Below are positions 1 to 12,224 of a DNA stretch of 64,000 bases, piece after piece (the stretch's first letter is position 1; each line of letters opens with the position of its first letter). Location: positions 39,682,001 through 39,746,000 of the forward strand of contig CM059432.1 of the NCBI GenBank assembly GCA_030390025.1, given 5' to 3'. A model generated the notes under the pieces. That model did not search any database, was not told the DNA's origin, and was given only the letters and a program-made list of their open reading frames with translations. The DNA is from Squalus acanthias (Eukaryota). The position numbers and the translations under genes were made by a program.

Positions 1-1086
1 ATTTGGAGAATGGAAGGCAGGGTCTTGTGGTTGTGGAATCAATCTAAAAAGGTAAAGATATTGATTTAACACTTGGTAGGGTGGTCTGCACCCAAGTGTT
101 GACCTGCTTTTGTTCTTCCACTAGACTCCCGGGCCCCTAGAGCCTGCTCTGCCTTGCCAGTTTTTCATGCTTCCCTTTCTACCTCTTCCCCTTTAGCTAT
201 TCACACACTCTTTGACCCCGATTTTAAACACCAACCCCCCATCCCCCGAGGGGCGGGTGAGGGTTGGGGGGTAGTTAAAATATCGGGATCGAGCAACCTG
301 ACACATTCCTGTCCGTTTAAATTTTTACAAACCCAAATCAGGCCATCGACGAGGCTCCCGTAAAAGGCAGGTGGGGGCCGAATTAACATTCAAAAGTAAC
401 AGCCGTATTACATCATCGGTAAACTTAATTGTAGGTCAGGGGGAGGCTTGCGTTGTCAACTGCCCTGCAGCAGATCTGATGCGGGAGCCTAAGGTAAGTA
501 CTGAAGATCAGCGCCTTTTAGCACTCCTTGTGTGCCTGGAGGAGCAGGAGTGCTCCACCCAGGCCTCACAAGGAAGCCATTGGCCCCGCCCAGCCCTAAT
601 CGCGGCCCAGATCTTATGCCACCCCCAATCGCAGCCCAGAGCGATTTCCCCCCCCCCCCCCCTACTAACTGTCGGGGTCCGTCCCCATGGGTCCCCGGCT
701 GTGGCCTCCTGTCGCTATTTACTGCTGTCCGCCAGCCAGGCAGTCAATCTGGCCATCTGTCGGGCAGGAGTGTGCCAAAAATTATTCAAATGAAATCGAC
801 AGGGTTTCAACATCCCTGGCCTTGCTGGGTTCTTCACCTGTTACTGGGCTCCCCTGCCTCCCTGTTAATATCAGGGCCTCTGCCACACATAATCTTTCCC
901 ATTATGCCTCCTCCTGCTAATATCACTGTGTGTGTGTATTTTTTGACGTGGCTGGTGGGAAATAAAGATGGGGGTGGGGTGGTTAGTTGCTGGACTTTGT
1001 CAACATGCAGAAGAATGAAGTATATGGAGGGAGCATTTTAGAGGCATTGAGCTGAGTACTACAGCTGAAGATTCCTTTGTTTTTAG

Positions 1087-1152
1087 GTGTTGTCCAGTTT
1101 ATCTCGGTGGTAGTTCTGCACCTCTAGGACTGGGAACAAATACTTCTCAAAG
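1087..1152 (+). CDS. CFAP418: CFAP418/C8orf37 internal coding exon (66 bp): CCPVYLGGSSAPLGLGTNTSQR
   Basis: ttttag acceptor and gtaatt donor. The translation matches the C8orf37 PVYLGGSS..GxGTN motif, and the phase joins the next exon. Confidence 0.9.
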
Positions 1153-1779
1153 GTAATTTTTTTTTCACATTTATTTTATTAACCCCTAATTGAAGTCCGT
1201 GTCAGACAGAACATTTTGGGAAGGGAAAGAGAATGGATATGATGCATCTGCTTGTTTGTATATCTATTGTGTAAATTTTTAAATATAAAAATACTCATCA
1301 TTTTTTAATACACACATCCACATCCAACTAGACAAAACATTGATCCTAACCAGATTAGATTATAGTGTCACCCATGCATTTCCTCGCATCCAGGCTAGAT
1401 CCAATGTTTGTATTTCTCTCATAATGGCTGCTGAAACTGCCCTGTTTGATGCTGCACCTTTCTTAGCTCTGCCTGAACGCACTGCTAATACACTATAAAA
1501 AATTCCTCATATGAAACCTGTTGCTACTTATTAGTGCCCTCATGCGTTTGATAAAGCTGGAGTTTTCATTTTTGTCGGCAGTGGGTAAATTCAGGATGAG
1601 AAATTCATGTCTAGAGCAAGCTAATTGGAGTGCAATTCAGCTGTTCTGCCTCCTAAATAAGTGGCTTTGTCCTGGAATAGCACTGTTAACTCTAGTATAA
1701 ATGCAGGAGCCAGTACATTACCCAGATGAGTTTGACTCTCGTCCTGGGGCTTGAAGACTCTCAAGTGTAAGTATATTTA

Positions 1780-2010
1780 ATAAAGACTTGCATTTATATA
1801 GCGCTTTATCATATCTTCTTTGAGTGCCGTGGACCCTTTAACATCAGCCTCAGCCACTAGCACAGGGACATCTCATCCCCAGAACAGTACCTTCAATAAT
1901 GCAGCACTCCCTCACTGGAACGTCAGTGTAAATTATGCGCTCAAGTCCTGGAGTGAAGCTTGAACCCACAACCTTCTGACAGTCATGCTACGAACTGAAC
2001 CCAGCTGACA
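1780..2010 (-). mobile_element. Degenerate tRNA-derived (Deu-domain type) SINE fragment
   Basis: Reverse complement resembles the SINE head at 27885 (gtcagaaggttgtgggttcaag...gagggagtgctg). An L2-like tail lies at about 1790-1805. Confidence 0.55.
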
Positions 2011-2650
2011 CTAAAGGCCAGTTTCCCGACATGCACCTCTGGTGGACAAGACTCTACACAGGGAGCTCACGTTTGGAACATTGTTTTTTTATCATTTTCA
2101 ATGAGACCATCTGATTTCCCCAGGTTTTCTCTAAAACTCAGTGCCATTGTGTGTGGCAGTGTAACCTGGTCAGTGTTACTGAGGGAGTAGTGTTTGATGT
2201 CCCTTACTCATGATAGCCCCTATTTAACAAGGGGATGATATGGTTGATGTACTTGTGCTCCAGGATGGAAGGATGAGATCTTGCACTGCTGGTTCCTTGC
2301 TCAATTGATTCCTAATCTGAACGATACTATGAGAAGAGCAGAATGCATATTCAGCCTGGCCACTTCCCCTTAAGGAAACATTGAAAAGGCACCACCGAAA
2401 GCAGCTTTTTCACAGTTCTGGGACAAAAGTTGAGCCTCACACGAATTTCCAAGAAATAATTAAGTCAATTTTTTAAATGAAAAGAAAGATCTAAAAACTT
2501 ATACAAAATTAATGTACAGTGCGGTCAGATAGACTGATAGCTTAACTTACTGATTGCGCAGTTCTATTCTCATTAATTATAAAAGTTATTTTATTTGAAC
2601 AATGCATTTTATGAAGACAAGATATTTCCATACGTTTTTTTAATAAACAG

Positions 2651-2746
2651 AACGTGTGACCAGCTCCGCTGTACTACCTGTGACTTTAGAGTAATTGCAC
2701 TTGATGATTATGAATGGAACAAGTCATGCGACTACTTCTTTTTTAG
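2651..2746 (+). CDS. CFAP418: CFAP418/C8orf37 penultimate coding exon (96 bp): [32 protein letters not shown]
   Basis: aaacag acceptor and gtatgt donor. Conserved CDxLRCxxCDF...WxKSCDY motif, in phase with both neighbouring exons. Confidence 0.93.
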
Positions 2747-2875
2747 GTATGTTTGAACATATGCAAATATAGATCTGACAGTCCAGTATGGAACTGAGAG
2801 CTTTAAAAGGTTTCAGATAAACTCTTACATAATGTTTATTGTTGTCTTAGGTTTTTCACTTAACTCTCATATATA

Positions 2876-3595
2876 GGCCCCAGATTTTGCTGTTAAAATA
2901 ATGGTGCGGCTAATGGCGCTCGCTGTTATTTACGCACAAATGGTACAGCAACTTCAGGCGAGTGGCAGATGCGCAGTTAAACTCAATTATCCAAAAGTTG
3001 CTGTCTGAGTTGCGTTGCTCCGCTATTAGCTTTGCAAAAGCGGCAACTCGATGTATGGCTCACCATTGAAATGCATTGAATGACGTACAGTTGCTGTATT
3101 TGCACGGTAGATTTGAGCTAAACTCGTCACAGGAGGTTAAGTATTGCCCATTTCAGTCTAAGTACCCTTTTAATGACGTAAGTGTTAAGTACTGACAGTC
3201 AACCTCTCTGGGGTTGAAAATTAACTATTATAAGTGTGGTGTCTCATTCCTTCAGGTTTTAATTGTTATTGGAGATTTAAAAAAATATAAAATTTAAATT
3301 TAAAAATTATTTAAAATTTTTCCTTTCTGTCTCTCTTTTTCCTCTCTCTCTTAATCCAATCTTTATTTCCCTCTCTTTATTTCTCTTTCTGTACGTGATT
3401 TGACATTGAATTCACCCACTCTAATTTACACTTCCTTCTCCATCCTTGTGCTGTTAGTTTCACAATCCTTCAATCTGATTGGTTAAGGAAATGCATGGTT
3501 TCTTGCCCTGTTTGCTCAGGTCACAGATGCCCTGTTTCCCTCGCTGCACTATCAGCTCAAACTTTTAGCAACTTGCCATGCAGAAATTATGGTCC
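2876..3595. mobile_element. Old non-autonomous TIR element (probable Harbinger-type MITE)
   Basis: Degenerate TIRs ggccccagattttgc / gcagaaattatggtcc flanked by ATA...ATA. The termini resemble the MITE at 58534. Confidence 0.5.
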
Positions 3596-4167
3596 ATAGT
3601 TTCTTGTTCACTGTTTACAGTTCCTTGCTTTTAATTTTAGAATTCTAAATTCATAAAATTAACTGTTAGACATTCTGAGCTATTCAAAACTGTTGTGTAC
3701 CTTTGGTTCCTTTGATTTTCCAATTGTAAATTTTATTATCACATCAACAACAGACAATTCTCGGTGATTTTGTATATTTGATCTTTGAAAATAAAAGTGA
3801 TGTTACTTTTACTAGAACTGCTGTTCATAGGTATTGAGAATTAAAAGGAATTGAGGTGCCCCTTTGAACCTTTCTTATTTTTTGCTATTCTTTCAAACCC
3901 CAAAATATGATTAAAAACTAGTGTAAAAATAAAAGCTGCACCTGTGTTTAAAAAAATTGCCTGCAGGGCTAAATTTGCAGATTGTAAACATCTCCATTAA
4001 AGTGCAATTTTTGCAGTGAATTTTTTCAGTACTTTCTGGTACTATATAATAAACTGTTCAAAAATTTGGGGGGAGGGAAATCGGATATAAAGATAAAATA
4101 TTTCATTTATTAGTGATAGGAGTGATGTTTAATAATGAGAAATATTTAGCTGGGGCAAATTACAGCT

Positions 4168-5398
4168 ACATAGGATTACATAGGATATACGGCACAGAAA
4201 CAGGCCAATCGGCCCAACCAGTCCATGCCGGCGTTTATGCTCCTCCCGTCTTTCCTCATCTAAATCTAGCAGCATAGCCCTCTATTCCCTTTTCCCTCAT
4301 ATGCTTGTCTAGCCTCCCCTTAAATGCATCGATACTATTCGCTTCAACCACTCCCTGTGGTAGTGAGTTCCACATTCTCACCACTCCTTGGGTAAAGAAG
4401 TTTCTTGGATTTCTTGGTGACTATCTTATATTGATGGCCTCTAGTTATGCTCTTCCCCACAAGCAGAAACATTCTCTCTGTATCCACTCTATCAAAATTT
4501 TTCATAATTTTAAAGACCTCTATTAGGTCACCCCTCAGCCTTTTTTCAAGAGAAAAGAAACCCAGCCTGTTCATCCTTTCCTGATATGTATACCCTCGCA
4601 TTTCTGGTATCATCCTTGTAAATCCTCTCTCCACCCTCTCCAGTGCCTCTACATCCTTTCTATAATATGGCGACCAGAACTGTATGCAGAACTCTTAAGT
4701 GTGGTTTAACCAAGGTTCGATACAGGTTTAGCATAACTTCTCTACTTTTCAATTGTATCCCTCTAGAAATAAACCCTTGGTTTGCTTTTTTTATGATGCG
4801 GAGATGGACTGTTGGACTGGGGTGGACAAAAATGAGAAGTGTTGGACTGGGGTGGACAAAAATGAGAAGTCGCACAACACCAGGTTATAGTCCAACAGTT
4901 TTATTTAAAATTACAAGCTTTTGAAAGCTCGTAATTTTAAATAAAACTGTTGGACTATAACATGGTGTTGTGCGACTTCTCATTTTTGCTTTTTTTATGG
5001 CCTTGCTAACCTGTGTCGCAACTTTTAGTGATTTGTGTATTTGTACTCCTAGATCCCGTTGTTGCTCTACCCCACCTAGACTCGCACCCTCCAAGTGATA
5101 AGTGACCTCCCTATTCTTCCTACCAAAATGTAATACCTCACATTTATCGGTGTTGAACTTCATTTGCCAATGATATGCCCTTTCTGCAAGTTTATTAATG
5201 TCCACCTGTAACTTGTTGCAGTCCTCCTCAGTATTGGCTATCCCCCCGAATTTGGTGTCATCCGCAAATTTAGAAATTGTGTTTTTGATTCCTAAGTCTA
5301 AATCGTTAAATGTAAATTGTGAACAGCAGTGGTCCCAGCCCTGATCCCTGTGGAACACCACTACCCACCTTCTGCCACTGTGAATAGCTCATCCAACA
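4168..5398 (-). mobile_element. CR1 LINE 3' fragment (RT C-terminus plus tail), 5'-truncated
   Basis: Broken ORFs with GVPQGSGLGPLLF, KFADDTK and RLRGDLIEVFKI. The CR1 tail is at about 4168-4230. Confidence 0.9.
4796..4984. mobile_element. Small palindromic insertion, probably a Penelope-like element remnant, inside the CR1
   Basis: Inverted arms of about 65 bp (4857-4921 and 4924-4988), a 30-bp tandem duplication at 4811-4870, and a 15-bp TSD tttgctttttttatg (4781-4795 and 4985-4999). Confidence 0.65.
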
Positions 5399-5404
5399 CT
5401 TTGT

Positions 5405-7740
5405 CGGACAAGCAGTGTGACAACACAGAGGTAGTGGAGAGGTGGAGCTCTGTGTTATTAGCATACATGTAGAGGCAGTCCCCATGTCTGTGGATGATTT
5501 TGCTGAGGGGCAACATGCAGATGAGGAAGAGGAGGGAGCCAAGGATGGATCGTTGCAGGGTTCCGAAGGTGAAGGTGTTGGAGGAGGATGGTGCGGCCAA
5601 CCGTGTCAAAAACTGCAGAGAGTTCGAATGGGGTTAATGCCCAACAGTCATAGTCATGAACAACATTCCGTGTTTCTTTCGTTGGGGCCATTTTGCTGCT
5701 GTGGGATGGACAGAAACCAGATTAGAGGGATTCAAATGGGGAATTATGTGAAGATGAGCACAGATCTAGGAGGCGACAACATTTCAAGGACACTGTCAAC
5801 ACCCGGTAGTACCTTACCACCACTTCTCTCAACCCCTCCACTGTCTTTAAATTGTCAGACTGCTTGTCCGACATCCAGTATTGCATGAGCAGAAATTTCC
5901 TCCAACTAAATATTGGGAAGACTGAAGCCATTGTCTTTGGTCCCCGCCACAAACTCCATTCCCTAGCCACCTACTCCATCTCTTTCCCTAGCACCTGTCT
6001 GAGACTGAACCAGACTGTTCACAACCTTAGTGTCATATTTGATCCTGAAATGAGCTTCCGACCAGACATCCGCGTCATCACTAAGACCGCCTCCGTAACA
6101 GCGCCTAACTCTGCCCCTGCCTCAGCTCATCTGCTGCTGAAACCCTCATCCATGCTTTTGTTACCTCTGGACTTGACTATTCCAATGCACTCCTGGCTGG
6201 CCTCCCATATTCTATAATCAGTAAACTTGAGGTCATCCAAAACTCTGCTGCCCGTGTCCTAACTCGCACCAAATCCCGTTCACCTATCACCCCTGTGCTC
6301 GCTGACCTACATTGGCTCCCAGTTAAGCAATGCCTCAATTTTAAAATTCTCATCCTTGTTTTCATATCCCTCCATGGCGTTGCCCCTCCCTATCTCTGTA
6401 ATCTTCTTCAGCCCCACAACCCTCAGATATCTGCGCTCCTCAAATTCCGGCCTCTTGAGCATCCCTGATTTTAATCGCTCAACCATTAGTGACTGTGCCT
6501 TCAGCTGCCAAGGCCCTAAGATCTGAAATTCTCTCCCTAAACCTCTCTACCTCTCTTTCCTCCTTTAAGATGCTCCTTAAAACCTACTTCTTTCATCTGC
6601 ACTAATATCTCCTTGTGTGGCTCATTGTCAAATTTTGTTTTATAACACTCCTGTGAAGCGCCTTGGGACATTTTACTAAGTTATAGGCGCTATATAAATG
6701 CAAGTTGTTGTTGAGAGGAAACGGTGGTTGCAGATGCGGCGGTAGTTTTCAAGGATATTGAGGTTGAGCGTGGGTTTTTTGAGGAGGGGAGATTACTGCA
6801 ATTTTGAAAAGGAAGAGAGCCATTTATAATGTCAGATAGCATGGGAGCTGGGAAGGGAAGTTAGCTGGTCAGCAGTTTAGTGGAATGGAGCCAAGGGAAC
6901 AAGAGTTGGGTCTCATGGATGAGATGAACTCTCAGAGGGCATGGGGTGAGATGGACAAGAAACTAAAGGGAGAAAGAGAGAGAGACGGGGGTACAGGGCT
7001 TAAGTGGGGCGGGGGGTTGGGGGGACTGTGGGAGTTGGCCTAGTGGGCAAGAGAAAGAGGGGAAGCAGCTGAACACATTGTCTCTATCTTGGTAATGAAG
7101 AAATCCATGAGCTCTTCACTCTTGCTGGAGGTGAGGATGAAGGTGGCAGGGGAGAGAGGCTTAATGAGGTGTGTGGTAGTGTTGAATAAAGCCTGGGATT
7201 CTCTTTGCTCTCCAGGATGATCCTAGAGTAGTGGACAGTTTTTGGAGAGGAACACAAGGCCCATTAGCACTTGATGTTGACCAGCCAGATCTGGTGATTG
7301 GCGTGAGGTTGAGGGCTGTACCAGTGGACCGACTGGGATGATTGACCGTGAAGGTTTTGCTGGGGATGAAGGCAAGGGAAGCTGAAATGAAGATTGAAAT
7401 CACTGAGGATGAAGAGTCACTCGGTGCAGAGGCTGAGGAGGAAAGGAAGAAGAATATCTCAGGGACAAACTTTGAAGGAGGGTTATAGATGAGAATTTCA
7501 AAGGAGAGGTGAGGAGGATAGAACAGGGTGAGATGCTTGAAGGAGATCGAGCCAAAGGACTAAAGAGAGAGACAAGGCTGTGGCTTTGTGATGAGGGTCA
7601 CACTACCACCATGGCAGCTTGGATGGGGTAAGTGATGGAAAGTATAGTCAGGCAGACCGGCTTCACCAAGGTGCTGCTACCCATGAGCCACGTTTCAATT
7701 AAAGCCAGAATATCAATATGATCGTCGATTGTTTCAGCCA
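5405..7740 (-). mobile_element. Decayed L2 LINE (endonuclease to RT), interrupted by a + strand L2
   Basis: Remnant motifs HIDILALIETWL, LSAVFDTV and GSLLFLICMLPL..II on the minus strand. Confidence 0.65.
5805..6712 (+). mobile_element. L2 LINE 3' fragment with (GTT)n tail
   Basis: CLSDIQYCMSRNFLQLNIGKTEAIVFG, ending in ggcgctatataaatgcaagttgttgttg. Confidence 0.85.
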
Positions 7741-8144
7741 AGGAAACCTGCTGGGTTAGAAATACACAACAGGATGCGTAACGCAAAATGTAATTTCTTT
7801 TGCATCCATCTCCAGGGAAATACCCTCCTTTTAAAAATAATGCATGAAGCTCCCTCAATTAATCCATGAGTTGTCCAGTGAGTAGTTTTGCAAAACATAC
7901 CAGGAAGGCCTGACAGACAAGGCTCACATTGAATAATGGCTGATTTGGTGATTTACCTGAGTTTGATCATCGCTGGTCATGATTTTTGGGGAGCAAGGGA
8001 TAAAATTAGCAATAAAATAATGAACTTCTAAGAAGCAAATCCAATCCAAATTATTCTGCTAGCTTTAATCGTGAGCAATAAATGTAATGTTGTGTTATGT
8101 TTAAAATGATACGCACACCTGCCCTTTTTTGCTTTCACCAACAG

Positions 8145-8298
8145 AAACAACATGCCTGACTTAAATAAACTGAAAGTGAAGACGTTAAGTAGGAGAGGTG
8201 CACGAGCATATGCCTGCCAGTGCAGCTGGAGGTCCATCCAGGACCTGACTGACCTCCGGGAAGAACAGCAACTTCGATGGGTGTGTGGCAAACATTGA
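8145..8298 (+). CDS. CFAP418: CFAP418/C8orf37 last coding exon: [50 protein letters not shown]
   Basis: Polypyrimidine tract plus cag acceptor. Characteristic RAYACQCSW...LRWVCGKH C-terminus, with TGA at 8296-8298. Confidence 0.95.
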
Positions 8299-10292
8299 GC
8301 GTGAAAGCATACTTGTCTTTTCCATTCACCATTAGAGAGGTATTGTGGGGGCTAGTCCACTGCATTACCTGAAATAATGTCACACTTGCAGAATTTTGTT
8401 AAATACAAGGCAAGCTGTAGCAATTTAATTCTTGATTTTTCTACAGATAAAAACATTCCTCGTTGCTGTCCCAATTCAATAATGTGGTTTAATAGATGTA
8501 TGTGACTAATGCCTTTGTTCTAACATTAAACAGAATTCAATTGTTTCCAAGGTCAGATAGTGTGGAAAATATAACTGACAATGGACTTTACCTTGCAGTT
8601 TCTGTAGCGGAAAGCATATTGATTAGGCAAGGCCAAACTGAATCGAGTTTAATATAAAATTCCAAGTGGCAAACATTTAAAATCTGTGTCAGCCTGGCTA
8701 TCCCAATGGGTCACTGTTTTAGGCACTAGGATTCATCTCTTCCAGTAGTTACCAGTGCAACCTGCCTTCCTCTATGTGAAGTTGCATCCATTATTTTCTA
8801 CCTTAGTAGCTGTAGCTTGTCACTGCGTTCTTCTCGGACTTTGTGTTGGTCCCTCCCAATGAGTTTGGACGTGCGCAGCAAGGAATTATTATGTAACTTG
8901 CTACAAAGTGGGAAATGAAGTTACATAGATGACAGGAAAGGTAATATTACTCTTAAGTTAGAAAAAATACACAGGAAACATGTCCTTGGGTTCTTAATCC
9001 TTTCAGTGTTTACTGAAAAGCTCATATTCTGACAAGTTTTGACTGATGTGAAGATCACCTTTTTTGTGGATTAAAGGTTTCATCCAGCTGGGTTTATTCA
9101 TGTGGATTGCATTCATTGGATATCACACAGCTGTAAAAATGCATTGAATGTCCAGAAAGATGAAAGATTATAGCACAAACCTAAATATCCATTTGTGATG
9201 TTTGGGAATTATATTCAAGCTTGCATACTCGAGCTTCTGGAATGGCAAGTGCCCCATGGAAGAAAAAAAATAATTTTAAAGCAATCTTAGGGTCACAATA
9301 CTTCAGACAGGAAGAAACCTACTGAGTTTATTAAATGATCTACATTGGAATTTCTAGCATTAAAATGCTATACACTGGATAAACAAAGGCCAATTACACT
9401 TGGGCATTCCAATGTATGTTTGTTATGCTTCGTAGAACAAATTTTAAAATTCTGGCACTTTTAGGTCCCTTTACTGCTGTGACAAGTAATCGGTCAAAAA
9501 TGTAAATCAAATTTTGGACTATTGGTGTGTAACTGCTGTTATGATTTAAATTGAATATTTGTTCTGTGTAATTGATGTCTATATCGGGCTTAATTGGGTG
9601 GGCACTACAAATTTAACCTCCCATTCTTAAAGATCTATGCATAATGAAAGTTTCAAGCTTTGTTGAAATTCTAATAAAATATATGCTTTGCATTCTGTGC
9701 CCCAAATGTATTTACATTTCATCTTCAGAATCTACCTTGTGTGCACTGGAAGTAGCGAAGTGTTGCTGGCCAATCCTCCCACTTCCCATCATCTTGTCTG
9801 TTTCACTGACTTGCACATCATGTTGGATTAAGGAAAAGCTTCAGAAACGCATTGTCACTCTTTGGAGGAGTTTTCTGGCAGGTTTAATTTCTGGCACACT
9901 CCACTCTGGAAACTTACTTTTGGTTCTGCCACATTCAGTGCAGCGTGGACTTCTGGGATACAATTGTTGTCAAGAGTGATACTAATGTTTTGATATACTT
10001 TTAGGAAAAATAAAACCAGCATAAAATTATTTTTGAAGACACATTTGGTAACACAAAAAATGCTTTCAAGTTGTGTCTACAAAATACTACTGAAAAAGTT
10101 TACTGAGTCAAGTGGCTATGATGCTCTTTAACCCTTTTTATAATTGACACATACATGTGAAATCATTCCTATGTTTAAGCATCACAAATTTCAGTTTCTG
10201 TATCATTAAATGTTATTACTGTTCTTCCTGGTAATTCTATATAGAAGTCAATGGTTTAACTTTGGAATCCAGCTGTTATTAACCAGAAGAGC

Positions 10293-11957
10293 TGTAAGGG
10301 ATTCTGACCCTGCGTGTCTCGCAGCCTGTGAGATTCACGCAGCTCTGTGCAGCCTGTATGTCAGTGCGGGTCTAGGCCTTGTTGCCTGTTCTGGTCTCCA
10401 GCCAGTCTGGGAACACTAGACACACCTGTGAGTGGTTCGAATCACTCTCCCTTACGGTTCTAGACACTGGACTTAGATGCGAGAGCAGTAATGGAGATGA
10501 AACTCATGTAGACTTGGTTTGAATGGTACGAAATGGAAAATCTTTATTGCATGATACTTAAGATTATGAAATACATGTCATAAGCACAGATTAATGACAG
10601 TACAATCTTACAAACAGTTATATAGTCGATCTTAGGGAAACGAGGAACGAACGGCACAAAGTAAATAGGGGCACACATTACAAATATCCTTAATCCTTAA
10701 ACCCTCCCCTATCAATATCTATCCTAAACTAGATTCGTAGGATTTCGAGACTCATGCTCACCACTCGTGATAACTCGGAGAAATTCCGAATAGCTGATCG
10801 GATGTTTTTCACCGCAGCACCCACGTGTCGGTCAGGAGATCTCCTGGTCCCACTTGTTTACTTGCTTCTGCTGCTCCGGCTAGCAGGCTGGAACGTCTGC
10901 TGTGATGAAGATCTATATTGGTTGGTTTAACAGGTACTCTTCGAGCACAGTTGTCGATATCGTCGATACGATATGTTTCCTTGCAAGTTCGAAGAAGTCT
11001 TCCTGGCGAGGAAAACTTGGCTAATCGACCTACAGGCGCGGTCGGGATTTACTGACCGTGGCGATGGATATGGTCTTCCTCTCTTCTCATCTCATCTCAT
11101 CTCATCTCTTCTCGGGCCTTTTGGTTCCGATACCGGTTACCAATATAGGTCTTCGTTACGCGACACGAGGTAGATCCGAACGGATCAGAAAGTTCAACAG
11201 TCTTTTCAGAAGAGGCAACAGGCAAGCAGGAGCGAGCCCAACTACGAGTACACAGGAGCAGCCACGAGGTTACGAATCGATCGGATAAGAGCACAGGAGC
11301 AGCCACGATGATAAGAGCAGCAAGAGAGAGAATGGACGGTTTGGAGCCTGCAATTATAGTGCAAAATCTTCCGTTTCCCGCCCAACTATAATGTCCATTC
11401 TTTTGTTTAGGGTTTGGCGCTCAAATGTCTTGTATGGGTGATCTCCGTTCTTAATGGGTTTCGGGGCTACTCGTAAATGTCTGAGTACCTGTTAATATTT
11501 CTCCCATTGTTAAATCGGTCGGTGTTCTCCCTGGAGGGGTTTGGGGCTTCCAAGTGTCCTGTATAACTACCTGCTAACGGCTCTCTCATCGTAGAGTCGT
11601 TGGGATTTTACATATTAATGTCTTTTGGATGGGCCCTTGATTACTCGGTACAATGGCTTTCCTTTGTACCTGGGAGACCGATTTCAGTATCTATGTGTAT
11701 ACTGCAAACCCATAATGTCTCGTGTATTATCTTCACTGGCTGAATCTTAATCGATCTTGCACAAATGTTTATTGGAACGCCATCTTGTCTGCCTGTTGAA
11801 AAGTCTAGAATGTTCTGTCACGAGGTGCGGCGGCCATTTTACAGGCTGCTTGTGTCCACTTTAAACCTGCCAGCATTCTACTGAAATAAAAGCTGTTTGA
11901 ACGAAACTCTGTGTTTTCTCCTTATTAATAAAATCGCGATATATTGCGAATTCTACA
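10293..11957 (-). mobile_element. Solo LTR of the same family as the provirus at 47621-61021 (diverged variant)
   Basis: TGTA...TACA termini and a 4-bp TSD GAGC (10289-10292 and 11958-11961). Colinear with the proviral LTRs along its length, with no internal sequence. Confidence 0.95.
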
Positions 11958-12224
11958 GAGCAAAGTTCACAGCAGGAGAATGCAGAAAGGACACACTGTG
12001 GTACACTAGTTCTCGGTGAATAAGCCTCAAAAAGTTTGCCTATGATTGTTGCAGAGTGCTTGAAATGGTTTTAAAATATGGACATTTTTTCAGTTCTATG
12101 CAGTATACTAACAAACATTAATATATCTTTCTCTTTCACATGTTGATTGACTTGCTGTGCATTTTTAGCATTTTTCTGTTTTATTGCAGACTTCCAGCAT
12201 TTTAAGTTTCCCTTTAGTCCCCTT

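Noticed and set aside
290..800. GC-rich patches (also about 23430-23830 and 39400-39950), possibly old non-autonomous DNA transposons
   Set aside because: I could not define TIRs, TSDs or coding homology by eye.
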